64,000 nucleotides of DNA. Origin: an uncultured Phycisphaerales bacterium. Lineage in GTDB: Bacteria > Planctomycetota > Phycisphaerae > Phycisphaerales > SM1A02. Below are positions 49,656 to 59,454 of the stretch, in pieces; position 1 is the stretch's first letter, and each line of letters starts with the position of its first letter. The notes under the pieces are model-generated. The model was not told the origin of the DNA. It searched no databases and saw only the letters and a list, made by a program, of their open reading frames with translations. The stretch lies in contig CALKEP010000033.1 of assembly GCA_938084645.1 (NCBI GenBank), positions 32,001-96,000 on the forward strand. The letters run 5' to 3'. A program made the position numbers and the translations under genes.

Positions 49656-50078
49656 ATGAGTTCGATCGGGAACGGGCCGGAAGGCCTCGGAGAGGCCGTG
49701 GACGCCTTTTATTCGGCATTGCTCGCGATGTTCGGCGGCGACGCGGCGCCCATGAAGGCGGCGTGGTGGCACGACGACGACGTCTCGTACATGGGGCCGG
49801 GCGGCGATCATCGAATCGGCTGGGACGAGGTCGCGTCCGAATGGGATCGACAGGCGCGTCTCGATCTCGGCGGCGAGGTGACGCCCAAGCGGCACCATTT
49901 GATGGTGGGCGAGGATCTTGCGGTGTTCACCTGCGTCGAGACGGGCGCGAATCTCATCGACGGCAGGCCCGCCCCGGTCTCGATCCGCGCTTCGACGGTG
50001 CTCCGCAGGCGGGACGGGATCTGGAAGGTCGTCGCACACCAGTCGGACCGACTGGATCACGTCGCGATCACCTCCTGA
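49656..50078 (+). CDS. NTF2/SnoaL-like domain protein
   Basis: AFYSA..GD, W..DDV, GWDEV, RASTVLRRRDGIWKVVAHQ. Confidence 0.8.
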   Translation: MSSIGNGPEGLGEAVDAFYSALLAMFGGDAAPMKAAWWHDDDVSYMGPGGDHRIGWDEVASEWDRQARLDLGGEVTPKRHHLMVGEDLAVFTCVETGANLIDGRPAPVSIRASTVLRRRDGIWKVVAHQSDRLDHVAITS

Positions 50079-50158
50079 CGGTCCGATCCCGCCGTGGACG
50101 AGCGTTCGTCCTCGGCAACGATGACCGGAATACCGATAGGGTCGTCGCCGGAGGCCGC

Positions 50159-51640
50159 ATGCACGACGAAACGATCCTCTGGTTCGACTTCGAGACCTTC
50201 GGTTCCCTGCCCCGTCCGTGGGATGGCGGTCGGTCGGGACCGTATCCGAGGCGTGATCGGCCCTCGCAGTTCGGCGCGATTCGAACCACCCTCGATCTCG
50301 AGTTGGTGGGCGAGCCGGTGGAACTGCACTGCCGTCCGTCCGTCGAGGAACCACCCTCGATCGGGGCCTGTCTGGTCACCGGGATCGTTCCGCAGGACAC
50401 CGCGTCGGGACTCGAGGAGGCGCCGTTCATCGAGTCCGTGATCGAGGTCCTCTCGGTGCCCGGAACGACCTCCACCGGCTGGAACAGTCTCGGGTACGAC
50501 GATGAGATCGTGCGCTTCGCCGCGTGGCGCAACCTCCTGCCGCCGTATGAACGAGAGTACAAGCGCGGGAACGCCCGATTCGATCTGCTGGTCGCGTTCC
50601 GGTTCGCCTGGGCGACGGGGCGTCGCGACGGCATCGAGTGGCCGACCTACGAGGACGGTTCCGTCTCGCTCTCGCTCGGTGATCTCGCGGCCGCGAACGG
50701 GATCGAGGATCACGCCGCCACCGCGCACGACGCGCTCGCGGACGTCCGGGCGACGATCGAGCTCGCGCGACTGCTCCGGCGGACCCAGCCGAAACTCTGG
50801 GATTACGCGTTCGGACTTCGTCGCAAGCAGGAGGTCTCGAAGGTCGTCGACGTGGACGGCAGTCCGTTCCTTCTCTGCGATCGAGGGATCGGGGCCGCCC
50901 GCGGGCATGCGACGGTCGCGGTGACCATCGATCGACTCGATACGAACGGACGTCTGGTGCTCGATCTGCACGGTGATCCCGCCGAAATCCTCGAGCTCGA
51001 ACCTCGTCAGCTGCATGCGCGTTTCCATCGGCTCGATCCCGACCTGCCGCGGGTGCCGGTCCGGCGGGTCCGGACCAACAAGCTCCCCATGGTCACGACG
51101 CCGAAGGTCCTCGACACGACTTCCGATGGCTGGGCGGGCATCGGACTCGACCGGGAACTCCTCGACTCGAGGATGGCCTTCGTGCGGGAGAACCACACCC
51201 GGATCCGCGAACGTCTCCGACTCGTGGCGGATGAGCCGCCCGAGGCGGAGAACGTGGATCCGGAGGAACTCCTGTACGCCGGTTTTCCCGCCGACGGTGA
51301 TTCGTACGCGATGCGCACGGCGCGGGATGGCGGCCCCGAAGCGCTTCGGCGATTCAGCCGGACCGCCGGTGACGAGCGACTCGCCGAGCTGGTGTTTCGG
51401 TACCTCGCCCGGACGCATCCGGAGTCCCTCGACGAGGAGGAGCGGGCACGCTGGATGCTCCACCTCCGGGATCGTCTGCTCGCGCCCGGGAGCGGCGAGG
51501 AATCTCGGGGACGGGAATCCCTGAAGGCGATCGAGACCGCCCGGCACGAAGATGCCGACGGTCGGATCGTCCACGAGGTGGAGGCGTGGACCCGCGGACT
51601 CGCGGCCGCCGTGGAGGTCGAGCTCCCGGCCACGACCTGA
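50159..51640 (+). CDS. sbcB: Exodeoxyribonuclease I (DEDDh)
   Basis: WFDFETFG...DRPSQFGAIRT, GWNSLGYDDE, GIEWP, ANGI..AHDALADVRATI, QPKLW, LYAGF; GGAGG SD. Confidence 0.88.
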   Translation: MHDETILWFDFETFGSLPRPWDGGRSGPYPRRDRPSQFGAIRTTLDLELVGEPVELHCRPSVEEPPSIGACLVTGIVPQDTASGLEEAPFIESVIEVLSVPGTTSTGWNSLGYDDEIVRFAAWRNLLPPYEREYKRGNARFDLLVAFRFAWATGRRDGIEWPTYEDGSVSLSLGDLAAANGIEDHAATAHDALADVRATIELARLLRRTQPKLWDYAFGLRRKQEVSKVVDVDGSPFLLCDRGIGAARGHATVAVTIDRLDTNGRLVLDLHGDPAEILELEPRQLHARFHRLDPDLPRVPVRRVRTNKLPMVTTPKVLDTTSDGWAGIGLDRELLDSRMAFVRENHTRIRERLRLVADEPPEAENVDPEELLYAGFPADGDSYAMRTARDGGPEALRRFSRTAGDERLAELVFRYLARTHPESLDEEERARWMLHLRDRLLAPGSGEESRGRESLKAIETARHEDADGRIVHEVEAWTRGLAAAVEVELPATT

Positions 51641-51658
51641 TCGTTCGGCGGCGGCGAG

Positions 51659-51664
51659 TACGAT
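51659..51664 (+). promoter_or_regulatory. -10-like hexamer TACGAT (leaderless-type position)
   Basis: 6 nt before GTG 51671. Confidence 0.55.
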
Positions 51665-51670
51665 TCCATC

Positions 51671-54022
51671 GTGCATCTCTCGACCCTCGACTGGTCCATC
51701 CTCGGCGGTTGCTTCACGGTCCTCGTCGTGGCCGCGATCGCGACGAACCGGTACGCCCGTTCGGTCTCGGGTTTTCTCGCCGCGAATCGATGCGCCGGGC
51801 GGTACCTGATCGCGGTGAGCTACGGGATGGCCCAGCTCGGGGTCATCTCGCTCGTCTGGTTCTGGCAGCAGTACTACAAGGTCGGGTTCACCAGCATCTG
51901 GTGGGGGTTCATGGAGAACCCCGCGATGATCCTCATCGCGCTCTCGGGCTGGGTGGTCTATCGGTTCCGCCAGACCCGCGCCCTGACCATGGCGCAGTTC
52001 TTCGAGATCCGGTACTCCCGCCGGTTCCGCGTCTTCGCCGGACTCGTCGCGTTTCTCTCGGGCATCATCAACTACGGGATCTTCCCCGCGGTGGCGGCCC
52101 GGTTCTTCATCGCGCTCTGCGGCCTCCCCGTGCTGACCACGGTCGGTCCCTGGGAAATCCCCACCTTCGCGCTGCTGATGGCGGTCATGCTCGTCACCGC
52201 GTTGTTCTTCGTCTTCCTCGGGGGCCAGGTCGCGGTCATCGTCACGGACTTTCTCCAGGGCACCTTCGGGCAGCTCGTCTTCCTCGCCGTGATGTTGTTC
52301 CTGCTCGCGACGTATTCGTGGTCCGAGATCGGGGAGACGCTGCTCGCCGCCCCCGAAGGTCAGTCGATGGTGAACCCGTTCGACCTCGGCCAGGAGGCGG
52401 ACTTCAACGCCTTCTACTGGGTGATCAGCGTGGTGGTGCTGTTCTACGGGATGCTCGGCTGGCAGGGAACCTCCGGCTACAACGCCGCGGCGATCGACGC
52501 CCACGAGGCGAAGATGGCGAACATCCTCAACGGCTGGCGATTCCGGGTCCTGCTCCTGATCACGCTGGTGCTGCCGATCTGCATCCGCGTGGTGATGACC
52601 GGCTCCGACCATGCGTCCGATGCCGCGGCCATCGAAGCGATCATCGCGGCGCAACCGCTGGGAGGCGCGGATCCGGAGGTGTTCGCGGCGGAGATCCGGA
52701 CGCCGGCCGCGGCGAGCGTGATGCTCCCCTCCGGACTGCTCGGCCTCTTCGCGGCCGCGCTGCTCGGGGCCTTCATCTCGACCAACGACACCTACCTCCA
52801 TTCCTGGGGTTCGATCTTCATCCAGGACGTGGTGCTTCCGTTCCGGAAGCGACCGCTCTCGCCGCGGGTCCACCTCTGGCTGCTGCGTGCATCGATCCTC
52901 GGGGTGGCGATCTTCGCCTTCCTCTTCAGCCTGTACTACACCCCGAACCAGTACGTCGCGATGTTCCTCGCGCTCACCGGCGCGATCTTCGTGGGTGGTG
53001 CGGGCAGCGCGATCATCGGTGGTCTGTACTGGCGAAGGGGGACCACCGCCGGCGCCTGGACCGCCATGATCGCGGGCATGACCCTCGCCGGAGGCGGCGT
53101 GATCGTCAAGCAGATCCCAGCGACTCTGGTCCATCCGGGAGAGACCGTCACCTTCCTCTCCGGTTCGATCGAGAACGGACGAGTCGACGTCGTGATTCCC
53201 GCGGACGCCGGAGCGGGCACCAGCCTCGACGTGCCGGGGGCCGGCATCCGGATGCGGATCGACGACTTCGCGGCGGGCGACGGCGATCTCGCGGCGACCG
53301 CGGCGATCGCGATCGTCGATCCCGTCGACGAACGTGAACTCGGTCGATTCCGGGTCGTGGCCGACGGCTCCACGATGACCGGGGTCGGGGCGGACGGCAT
53401 GGCGTTGTCTTGCGAGTTGCGCGGTGGCGCGGTCGGTCTCGCCGGCGTCGCCCTGCGATCGATCGGCGTGATCCGCGACCTCAACGGCCAGATCCTCACC
53501 TTCTGCTCGATCGCGTTGTCGATCTTCCTGTACATCGCGGTGTCGCTGTGCACCTGCCGGGCGCCGTTCGATCTCGACCGCATGCTTCATCGTGAGTCGA
53601 GGGACCGGCGTTCCGATGACGAACCCCGGGCACGATGGTGGGAACGTCTGGGATTCGGCCAGGAGATGACGCGGTGGGATCGAATCGTCACCGCGGTGAC
53701 GATCTCCTGGCCGATCTTCTTCACGCTGGTGTTCATCGCGGGAATGCTCCGTCACCTGCTTGCCGGGCCCCTCGGCCTCGAGCCCATCTCGGATGCGGCC
53801 TGGCTGGAGGCCTGGGGCTGGTGGCTCTGGTGCGCCATCGGGACCGCGATGGTGGTCACCGTCTGGTTCACGATCGGCGGTCTGCGTGATCTCGTTCGAA
53901 TGTTCCGCCTGATGGGCCGGGTCCAGGCGGACGAACTCGACGATGGTCGGGTGATCGACCATCGAAACGCCGACGAGATTCCGGGGCCCACGGAAACGAC
54001 GGGAATGGACGATCATGCGTGA
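51671..54022 (+). CDS. Sodium:solute symporter (SSS) with soluble insertion
   Basis: LDW, FLAANR, TMAQFFEIRY, LGG...TDFLQ, GLYWRRGTTAGA; many TM segments. Confidence 0.9.
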   Translation: MHLSTLDWSILGGCFTVLVVAAIATNRYARSVSGFLAANRCAGRYLIAVSYGMAQLGVISLVWFWQQYYKVGFTSIWWGFMENPAMILIALSGWVVYRFRQTRALTMAQFFEIRYSRRFRVFAGLVAFLSGIINYGIFPAVAARFFIALCGLPVLTTVGPWEIPTFALLMAVMLVTALFFVFLGGQVAVIVTDFLQGTFGQLVFLAVMLFLLATYSWSEIGETLLAAPEGQSMVNPFDLGQEADFNAFYWVISVVVLFYGMLGWQGTSGYNAAAIDAHEAKMANILNGWRFRVLLLITLVLPICIRVVMTGSDHASDAAAIEAIIAAQPLGGADPEVFAAEIRTPAAASVMLPSGLLGLFAAALLGAFISTNDTYLHSWGSIFIQDVVLPFRKRPLSPRVHLWLLRASILGVAIFAFLFSLYYTPNQYVAMFLALTGAIFVGGAGSAIIGGLYWRRGTTAGAWTAMIAGMTLAGGGVIVKQIPATLVHPGETVTFLSGSIENGRVDVVIPADAGAGTSLDVPGAGIRMRIDDFAAGDGDLAATAAIAIVDPVDERELGRFRVVADGSTMTGVGADGMALSCELRGGAVGLAGVALRSIGVIRDLNGQILTFCSIALSIFLYIAVSLCTCRAPFDLDRMLHRESRDRRSDDEPRARWWERLGFGQEMTRWDRIVTAVTISWPIFFTLVFIAGMLRHLLAGPLGLEPISDAAWLEAWGWWLWCAIGTAMVVTVWFTIGGLRDLVRMFRLMGRVQADELDDGRVIDHRNADEIPGPTETTGMDDHA

Positions 54023-56549
54023 CAGCCGTGTCCTGAACGATTCGTGGCGGGTTCACCGTGAAGACGGACCCGACTGTCCGATCGAACTGCCGGCGGAAGG
54101 CGTCGACGCGGTGGTTCCGGGATGCGTGCACCTCGATCTCATCCGACTCGGTCTGATGGCCCACCCCGATCTCGGCGAGGGCGAGGCCGATCAGGCCTGG
54201 ATCGGTCGCACCGACTGGACCTGGAGACGGCCCCTCGGTCCCGACGATCGAATCGACGTGGAGAACGATGCGGACGCGGTCTGCGAAGTCGTCTTCGATT
54301 CGATCGACACCGTCGGCGAGGTCCGGCTGGGCGACGACGTCCTGGGCCACGTCGAGAATCAGTTCCACGCGCACCGATTCCGGATTCCCGCGGAAGCGTT
54401 CGCGGAACACCGCATGCTCGAGGTGTCGCTGCGTGGACCGGTGACCGAACTCGAACGTCGGGTCGAGGCGTACGGGGACCGGCCGGTGAACGCGGATGGC
54501 GACTGGGGCGTGTATTCGTATCTGCGGAAAGCGGCTTGCAGCTTCGGATGGGACTGGGGACCGAAGTGCCCGAGTCTCGGGCTTCCCGGCGACGTCCGAC
54601 TCGAACGATGGCGCGACGCCCGCATCGACGCGGTGCGACCTCTCGTGACCACCTGCAACGACCGGCTCGCGATTCTCGAGGTGTCGGTCGACGTGGTGCG
54701 CGATCCGGTGACGTCCGGAGATGGTGAACTTCGGGCGACCGTTCGACTCGAAGCGCCGGACGGCCGGATCTTCGAGGCGGAAGGTGTCGCGGATCCCGAG
54801 TCGGATCACGTCATGATGCGCCTGGAGATCCCGAATCCCCAGCGTTGGTGGCCGCGGGGTCGGGGTCCGCAGCCGCTTCACGATCTCCAGATCGACCTGC
54901 ACCGAGGAGACACCGCGCTCGACCGCGACCGCCGCCGGGTCGGGCTGCGAATCGTCGCCCTCGACACGGGCCGCGATCCGGAAGGCTCTCGATTCCGCAT
55001 CGTGGTCAACGGCGAACCCATGTTCTGTCGTGGGGCGAACTGGATTCCGGAGGGGCTGTTCCCCGGAACCGCCGCCGACGACCTCGTGATCGCCCGAATC
55101 GATCAGGCGGTCGAGGCGAACTTCGACATGCTCCGGGTCTGGGGCGGTGGCGTCTACGAGTCGAAGGCCTTCTACGACGCGTGCGACGAACGCGGCGTCA
55201 TGGTCTGGCAGGACTTCATGTTCGCCTGCGCGACCTATCCGGAGGAGCCGCCGTATCCCGATCTGATCGAGCGCGAAGCGAGCTTCCAGATCCGTCGGCT
55301 CGCCGCCCACCCCTCGATCGTCCTGTGGTGCGGTGGAAACGAGAACGTCCTGGCCTGGCGGAACTGGGGATGGAAGGAGCGAATGGATCCGGCCCAGACC
55401 TGGGGCCGACGCTACTTCACCGAGCTACTGCCGCGGATCGCGTCGTCCCTCGACCCGACACGTCCGTTCCTCCCCGACAGCCCCTGGTCGGGATCGGTCG
55501 AGGCGGACCCCAACGATCCCGATCACGGCGATCGCCACACATGGGATCTCAAGCTCGAGGACGTGCGGGAGTTGATCCCGCGCTTCGTCAGCGAGTTCGG
55601 GCACCAGGCGCCGCCCGCCCGCCGAACCATGGAGACCGCGATCGGAAGCGGGCCGTTCGCAAGCGAGTCGCCCGACGCGATGGTCGCCTTCGCGGGGCGC
55701 CAGCGTGGGTGGGGCGGCGACCAGGCGCAGTACGACCGATGGATGGACGACTGGTTCCTGCCACCGTCGGATCTCGACGGGCGAATCTGGCGGATGCAGC
55801 TCCTGCAGGCTCGGGCCACCACCTTCACGTACGAGTGGTTGCGTCTCCATTCGAAGCGCTGCGGCGGTGCGCTCGTCTGGCAGTTGAACGACGCCTGGAC
55901 CGGGCACTCGTGGTCGCTCATCGACGTCGCGGGTCGTCCGAAGCCGGCGTGGTGGGCCGCCCGAGCGGCATGCGCGCCGCGGCTCCTTGCATTCTCCGTC
56001 GGCGAGGCGGGCATCGAGATCGCCGCGATCAACGACACCGACGAGCCGTGGGGGAGCGCGTCGTCGAAGGGCGTCCGCATCCGCAGGATCGACATGGCGG
56101 GCGTCGACCTCGACGCCGCGGCCCTCGAACTCGAGGTGCCCCCGCGCGACACCCGAGCCACCGCGTTGCTTCCCGATCTCGTGATCCCGGCGGATCCCTC
56201 GATGGAACTGCTGCTCGCCGAGTTCGACGGCCACCGCGCCTTCTGGTTCTACGGGAAGGACGCCTGGCTGTCGCTGCCGAGCCCGGTGTTCGACCTTCGA
56301 GTGGACCGCGTCGCGAAGGACGGTTTCGAAGTGGAACTCACCGCACGGACGATTCTTCGTGATCTCCATCTCGACGAAGCCGCGCTCGGCGACGTCGTGC
56401 GGGTCGATGCGAACCTGCATTGTCTGCTTCCCGGCGACGTCGCGACCTTTCGGATCGACGGGGTGTCGTCCCTTCAGGAGAAGGACCTGCGGCGGGCCGG
56501 TGTGCTCCGCACCGCGAACGACTGTGGGCCCGCGGCGGCGGCTCGCTGA
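54015..56549 (+). CDS. Beta-mannosidase (GH2)
   Basis: VPGCVHLDL, RKAACSFGWDWGP, GANWIP, LRVWGGG, WQDFMFAC, WCGGNE, FVSEFG, WQLND. Confidence 0.93.
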   Translation: MRDSRVLNDSWRVHREDGPDCPIELPAEGVDAVVPGCVHLDLIRLGLMAHPDLGEGEADQAWIGRTDWTWRRPLGPDDRIDVENDADAVCEVVFDSIDTVGEVRLGDDVLGHVENQFHAHRFRIPAEAFAEHRMLEVSLRGPVTELERRVEAYGDRPVNADGDWGVYSYLRKAACSFGWDWGPKCPSLGLPGDVRLERWRDARIDAVRPLVTTCNDRLAILEVSVDVVRDPVTSGDGELRATVRLEAPDGRIFEAEGVADPESDHVMMRLEIPNPQRWWPRGRGPQPLHDLQIDLHRGDTALDRDRRRVGLRIVALDTGRDPEGSRFRIVVNGEPMFCRGANWIPEGLFPGTAADDLVIARIDQAVEANFDMLRVWGGGVYESKAFYDACDERGVMVWQDFMFACATYPEEPPYPDLIEREASFQIRRLAAHPSIVLWCGGNENVLAWRNWGWKERMDPAQTWGRRYFTELLPRIASSLDPTRPFLPDSPWSGSVEADPNDPDHGDRHTWDLKLEDVRELIPRFVSEFGHQAPPARRTMETAIGSGPFASESPDAMVAFAGRQRGWGGDQAQYDRWMDDWFLPPSDLDGRIWRMQLLQARATTFTYEWLRLHSKRCGGALVWQLNDAWTGHSWSLIDVAGRPKPAWWAARAACAPRLLAFSVGEAGIEIAAINDTDEPWGSASSKGVRIRRIDMAGVDLDAAALELEVPPRDTRATALLPDLVIPADPSMELLLAEFDGHRAFWFYGKDAWLSLPSPVFDLRVDRVAKDGFEVELTARTILRDLHLDEAALGDVVRVDANLHCLLPGDVATFRIDGVSSLQEKDLRRAGVLRTANDCGPAAAAR

Positions 56550-56857
56550 GACGAACTCGCGGAAATCATGCAGAAAAAGTTTCGGATCCGAAGGCCGTCG
56601 GCTGCGCAAACATTGCAGGTGCCGAGGTTCATCCACCCAACGCCTGGTGGAGTCGCGCGGCCCGACGGAAAACGGGTTCTGCGGCTTGGAAGCGGCGTTT
56701 TTCGTGCTTTTGACCGGGGAATCAAGCGTCGAAAAAGGCATCGATTCTCGAATGATGGAAGGCTGGAGCGAGTTGTCCGGGTGTTCGGTTTCGCTCGGTT
56801 CCATGCTTCAGTCCGGGAAAAGACTGAAGAAAAACCTCGCATGAGCCGAACAAACAG

Positions 56858-56987
56858 ACAGCGAGGTCGTAATTTGACGGCCAGGAACAAGCGGAAACCC
56901 GCCGCGGCGGACGACCGACGATTCGAACAGTCATCTCTTTCTCCTCCTGCCACCTCGGGGCCTACCGGCGCCGGGGTGGTTGTTTTT
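56858..56987 (+). ncRNA. Candidate small RNA (5' end inferred)
   Basis: Upstream TGAAG-N15-GCCGAACA; short hairpins; CU-rich tract; terminator with U-run. Confidence 0.4.
56949..56987 (+). terminator. Intrinsic terminator
   Basis: GCCACCTCGG/CCGGGGTGGT stem followed by TGTTTTT. Confidence 0.7.
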
Positions 56988-57095
56988 GGACCGCGGGTCT
57001 TCGTGATCCGTGCACGGCGCGCTCGAAGAACGGGCGTGCCTCCTCGGGGGTTGGAATCCGTCCGGTACGGTCGAGGAGGGGCCGGAATCGAAGTC

Positions 57096-57647
57096 ATGTA
57101 CGACGAGGAGATGCGACGACGGATCCACGAGGCGAAGCGGAGACGGCGGGCGGAACGCATCGACGCGCTTCATCGGGAAGCCGGCCGATCGGGCGGAGAG
57201 GGCGGGCGTGGCTTCTGGTCCCTCGCGTACGACCTGCATCACGCGCCCTGGACCACGAACCTCGATCAGCTTCGTGAGATCGGCGTCGATCCGCCGATGC
57301 CGGACGCCATCGATGACGATGAGATCGGTGCGGCGCTCGACGCGGTGATCATGGGACTCGCGGTGCTTCAAGTCTTCCTGCTCCACACCGATCACCTCGA
57401 CGACCGGTCCCTGTATCGTCGGTTGCGACTCGATGTCCTCCACGACCGCGTGCGTGACGTCCCGCCGGCGACGGGATCGCGGGAGTGGATCGATCTGGCC
57501 GGCGGCGTTGATCGCAGTGCCCACCTCGCGGTGCATGCGACCGATGCGGAGCGCGCCTCCCTCGAAGCGGCCGGGGTGATCGTGCCGCCACGGATGGAAC
57601 GCCGCGCCGACCGTGATCATCGACTTCCCCGGCCCGCGCCGGGTTGA
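57096..57647 (+). CDS. Hypothetical protein
   Basis: GAGGAGG upstream; GC3-rich codons from ATG 57096; LHTDHLDDRSLY, EWIDL, DRDHRLP. Confidence 0.75.
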   Translation: MYDEEMRRRIHEAKRRRRAERIDALHREAGRSGGEGGRGFWSLAYDLHHAPWTTNLDQLREIGVDPPMPDAIDDDEIGAALDAVIMGLAVLQVFLLHTDHLDDRSLYRRLRLDVLHDRVRDVPPATGSREWIDLAGGVDRSAHLAVHATDAERASLEAAGVIVPPRMERRADRDHRLPRPAPG

Positions 57648-57655
57648 TGCCAGCG

Positions 57656-59251
57656 TCAGTCGGTGGACGGTCGGACGAGCGTGGCCGGTCGCGCGATGGA
57701 TGCTCCGGTGGCCACGTCGAGAGAGAGGTCGGCGCCGGTCGCCGTCATCCAGGCGTCGAGTTCGAGGAGCAGGCGATCGACCACGTCCGGATGTTCACTG
57801 GCGAGATCTCGCGTCTCTCCCAGGTCCGTCTCGAGGTCGTACAGCTCCACCCGCGGACCGTCGTGGAAGAAGAGGAGTTTCCAGCGTTCGCGGCGATACG
57901 AGGTGAAGGGTTCGATGCCCGGGCCGCTGGCGCCCCACTGGTGGGGCATGTGCCAGGCGAGGCCGCGGTCCCGGGGCGGTTCGAGGGCGTCGTCCTGGCG
58001 GAGCAGCCTCGCGATCGAGGTGCCGTCGACCGACGGTGCATGGGCGGTCGGGATCGCCACGTCCGCGAAATCGAGCAGTGTGGGAAAGAGATCGATCACC
58101 GTGACGGGCGTCTCGACCCGACGCCCATCGGCGTGAATGCCGCTGGCCGGGGGCCCGGCGACGACCATCGGGACCCGGACGCCCCCTTCATAGGCCGATC
58201 CCTTGCCGCTGCGAAGCGGGGCGTTGTGAACGTGCGGTGCGCCGCCTCGGGCATGGGCCGAGAGTCCGCCGTTGTCGCTGGTGAAGACGATGATCGTTCG
58301 ATCCGAGAGATCGAGTTCGTCGAGCGTCTCGAGAATGCGGCCGAGGGCCGCGTCGGTGGACTCGATCATCGTCGCGTACGCGGCCTCCCTCGGGTGGAGA
58401 TCCCGATAGGCGTCGAGGTGACGGTGGTTCGGCATGATCGGCGCGTGCACGGCGTAAGGCGCGAAGTGGAGGAAGAAGGGGCGGTCGTCGGTGCCGGCCT
58501 GTCGGATCTGCTGGACGGCTTCCTCGGCGAGAACCTCCGTGAGGTAGACGTCCTTGCCGTGATGGGCCTCCAGACCGGGCACGTCCCAGACGCTGGCGCC
58601 CGTCCGTCCCTGTCGCTTCTGCGCGGCGAAATCGTGAATGCCGTAGAAGCTCCCGGGACCGCCGGCCGCATGCCCCGCGATGTTCGTCTCGAATCCCAGG
58701 CGGGTCGGATCGGCGCCGCTGGTCCCGATCGCGCCGAAGTGCGCCTTGCCGATGTGGACGGTGCGATATCCGGATGCCTGCAGAAGTCCGGGGAGCGTCA
58801 CGTCGCCTTCGGCCAGTCCCTCGAGACGCCAGTCGGGTCGACGGAGTCGAGGATGCTTGGTCGACGTGTCGCGATCGGCCCGAAGCGTCCAGTAGGTGAT
58901 GCCGGAACGGGCGGGATGTCGTCCGGTCATGAAGGCTGCGCGGGTCGGCGTGCAGACCGGACTGGCCGCGTAGGCATCCGTGAACACCACCCCGCGCCTC
59001 GCGAGTCGCTCGAGGTTCGGCGTCCGGTAGCGTCGATTGAATTCCGTGACGTCCGGTCCCAGGGGGACCGCCACGTCCTGCCAGCCGAGATCGTCCACCA
59101 TGACGACGACGATGTTCGGGGGGGGATCGGGTTCGGCCGCGTGGCCGGAACCGGCGAGCACCGCCCCGAGCACGAGCGCTCCGGCTCGAAGTCGTTCGGT
59201 GAAGTCGCGGGCCGACGGGCGACGGAGACGATGTCGGATGGGATTCGTCAT
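57656..59251 (-). CDS. S1 sulfatase
   Basis: PNIVVVMVDDLG, CTPTRAAFMTG, GKAHFG, SDNGG, EGGVRVP; TAGCCT 8 nt upstream. Confidence 0.92.
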   Translation of the reverse strand: MTNPIRHRLRRPSARDFTERLRAGALVLGAVLAGSGHAAEPDPPPNIVVVMVDDLGWQDVAVPLGPDVTEFNRRYRTPNLERLARRGVVFTDAYAASPVCTPTRAAFMTGRHPARSGITYWTLRADRDTSTKHPRLRRPDWRLEGLAEGDVTLPGLLQASGYRTVHIGKAHFGAIGTSGADPTRLGFETNIAGHAAGGPGSFYGIHDFAAQKRQGRTGASVWDVPGLEAHHGKDVYLTEVLAEEAVQQIRQAGTDDRPFFLHFAPYAVHAPIMPNHRHLDAYRDLHPREAAYATMIESTDAALGRILETLDELDLSDRTIIVFTSDNGGLSAHARGGAPHVHNAPLRSGKGSAYEGGVRVPMVVAGPPASGIHADGRRVETPVTVIDLFPTLLDFADVAIPTAHAPSVDGTSIARLLRQDDALEPPRDRGLAWHMPHQWGASGPGIEPFTSYRRERWKLLFFHDGPRVELYDLETDLGETRDLASEHPDVVDRLLLELDAWMTATGADLSLDVATGASIARPATLVRPSTD

Positions 59252-59454
59252 GGACCGCAAGGCTAACCGTCGTGTCGGTTTCCGGTTCCCGCTTCCGGCC
59301 CGAAGTCGGTCGAAACACCCACGCTATTCGCCCGAAAACGGTGGTTTCAGCGAACGGGGTTGGAACACGGTTGACCAGTCGCGGTCAGGCTCACTATCTT
59401 TCGCGACCGCCGAATCGGCTCGATCCGGCCCATCACCTTTCCGGGAACCCCGAC

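Noticed and set aside
46168..54016. Very long minus-strand ORFs (1183 and 1319 aa)
   Set aside because: Shadow frames of GH38, sbcB and SSS caused by stop-codon scarcity in GC-rich DNA; no motifs. The same applies to most overlapping ORF-track entries.
56550..56850. Replication origin in the A/T-richer gap
   Set aside because: No convincing cluster of TTATCCACA boxes or unwinding repeats.
56568..57095. N-terminal extension of the 359-aa ORF
   Set aside because: Arg-rich atypical sequence that crosses a terminator; ATG 57096 is the more plausible start.
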